Positions 63,189-64,000 of a DNA stretch of 64,000 bases are shown here, piece after piece. Source of the DNA: Alteraurantiacibacter sp. (GTDB lineage Bacteria > Pseudomonadota > Alphaproteobacteria > Sphingomonadales > Sphingomonadaceae); contig JBDSUF010000035.1 of NCBI GenBank assembly GCA_039927835.1, forward strand, positions 83,453 through 147,452, written 5' to 3'. A program made the position numbers and the translations under genes. Within the stretch, counting starts at the first letter, position 1, and each line of letters opens with the position of its first letter. Below the pieces are notes generated by a model. It had not been told where the DNA came from. It searched no databases and worked only from the letters and a program-made list of their open reading frames with translations.

Positions 63189-64000
63189 TCATGCCGCCCT
63201 ACAGCTCGAACAAGATCGCCACGCCCGACGAGGCGCGCGATTTCTTTGCAGCCAATCCCGATATCGACGCAATCGACATCATTTTCACCAACATGTGCGG
63301 CGTGCCGCGCGGCAAGCGGCTGCGTCAGCACGAGGTGATCGCGGTGTATGAAAGTGGGCGCTTCCTGCCCGGATCGGTGCTGGTGGTCGATATCACCGGG
63401 CGCGATACCGAGGAGACGGGCCTCGTGTGGGAGGATGGCGACGCCGACCGCTATGTGCGCCCGGTCCCCGGCACGCTGGTACGCGCGCCGTGGCTGGGGG
63501 AGAACGCGGCGCAATTCCTGACCAGCTTTTACGAGCTCGACGGCACGCCCAACGATCTCGACCCGCGCCACGTGCTGGGCAGCGTGATCGACGAGTTTGC
63601 CAAGGATGGCCTGACCCCAGTGGTGGCGGTCGAGCTGGAATTCTACCTGGTGGATATCTCGCAAGGCAAGCCGCGCCCCGCTGCGGGACAGGTGACCGGT
63701 GACCGGAACGCGGATATTCAGGTCTATGGCCTCAGGGAAATGCAGGAATTCAAGCCGTTTTTCGACGATCTTTACGCTGCGTGCGATCTTCAGGGCCTGC
63801 CGCTGGAATCGGGCATTTCGGAATATGCGCCGGGCCAGTTTGAATTCACCCTGCGCCACAAGGCCGATGCCCTGCGCGCCACAGACGATGCGGTGATGTA
63901 CAAGCGGCTGGTGAAGGGCGTGGCGATGACCCACGGGTTCGAGGCGACCTTCATGGCCAAGCCGTTTGCCGAGAGTGCGGGCAACGGCATGCACCTGCAC
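63185..64000 (+). CDS. Second glutamine-synthetase-like ligase (runs off the right edge; absent from the ORF track)
   Basis: Manual translation from the ATG at 63185 gives MIMPPYSSNKIATPDEA...GVPRGKRL...VELEFYL...EYAPGQFE...ATFMAKPF...GNGMHLH, open to the window end. ATGA-coupled. Confidence 0.88.
   Translation, partial: MIMPPYSSNKIATPDEARDFFAANPDIDAIDIIFTNMCGVPRGKRLRQHEVIAVYESGRFLPGSVLVVDITGRDTEETGLVWEDGDADRYVRPVPGTLVRAPWLGENAAQFLTSFYELDGTPNDLDPRHVLGSVIDEFAKDGLTPVVAVELEFYLVDISQGKPRPAAGQVTGDRNADIQVYGLREMQEFKPFFDDLYAACDLQGLPLESGISEYAPGQFEFTLRHKADALRATDDAVMYKRLVKGVAMTHGFEATFMAKPFAESAGNGMHLH

Overview
GC-rich alphaproteobacterial chromosome segment; gene content and protein style suggest Sphingomonadales/Erythrobacteraceae (inference). 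I saw no integrase, transposase, phage gene or CRISPR array. Left to right: (1) 1-8.7 kb, a TetR-controlled aromatic-catabolism locus (TonB receptor, extradiol dioxygenase, FAD monooxygenase, two FAH-family enzymes, MBL-fold hydrolase, amidohydrolase); (2) 8.8-15.6 kb, a three-gene transglutaminase/DUF2126 amidoligase + circularly permuted ATP-grasp/alpha-E + transglutaminase system of unknown product; (3) 15.6-24.1 kb, a putative nucleotide/nucleoside/queuosine scavenging locus (lipoprotein 5'-nucleotidase, Oar-type TonB receptor with a Pho-box-like site, 2OG-Fe(II) dioxygenase, NupC, YhhQ); (4) 24.2-37.6 kb, glycogen genes (malQ divergent from glgP-glgB-glgC-glgA-pgm-glgX) plus a single-domain response regulator; (5) 37.6-53.9 kb, a pectin/hexuronate locus with a LacI repressor, four copies of its apparent operator, and a frameshifted TonB receptor; (6) tRNA-Leu(CAG), an NDUFA9-like protein and an NfeD/SPFH pair; (7) 56.9-64 kb, a gamma-glutamylation amine/polyamine utilisation cluster headed by a TorF-family outer-membrane protein. 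Three recurrent DNA motifs were read directly from the sequence: a TetR-like TATTC-N10-GAATA, a LacI-like ATGACACCGGTTWCCW, and a PhaR-like 15-bp TGC-N3-GCA palindrome. All product names come from motif recognition by eye; no database searches were run.
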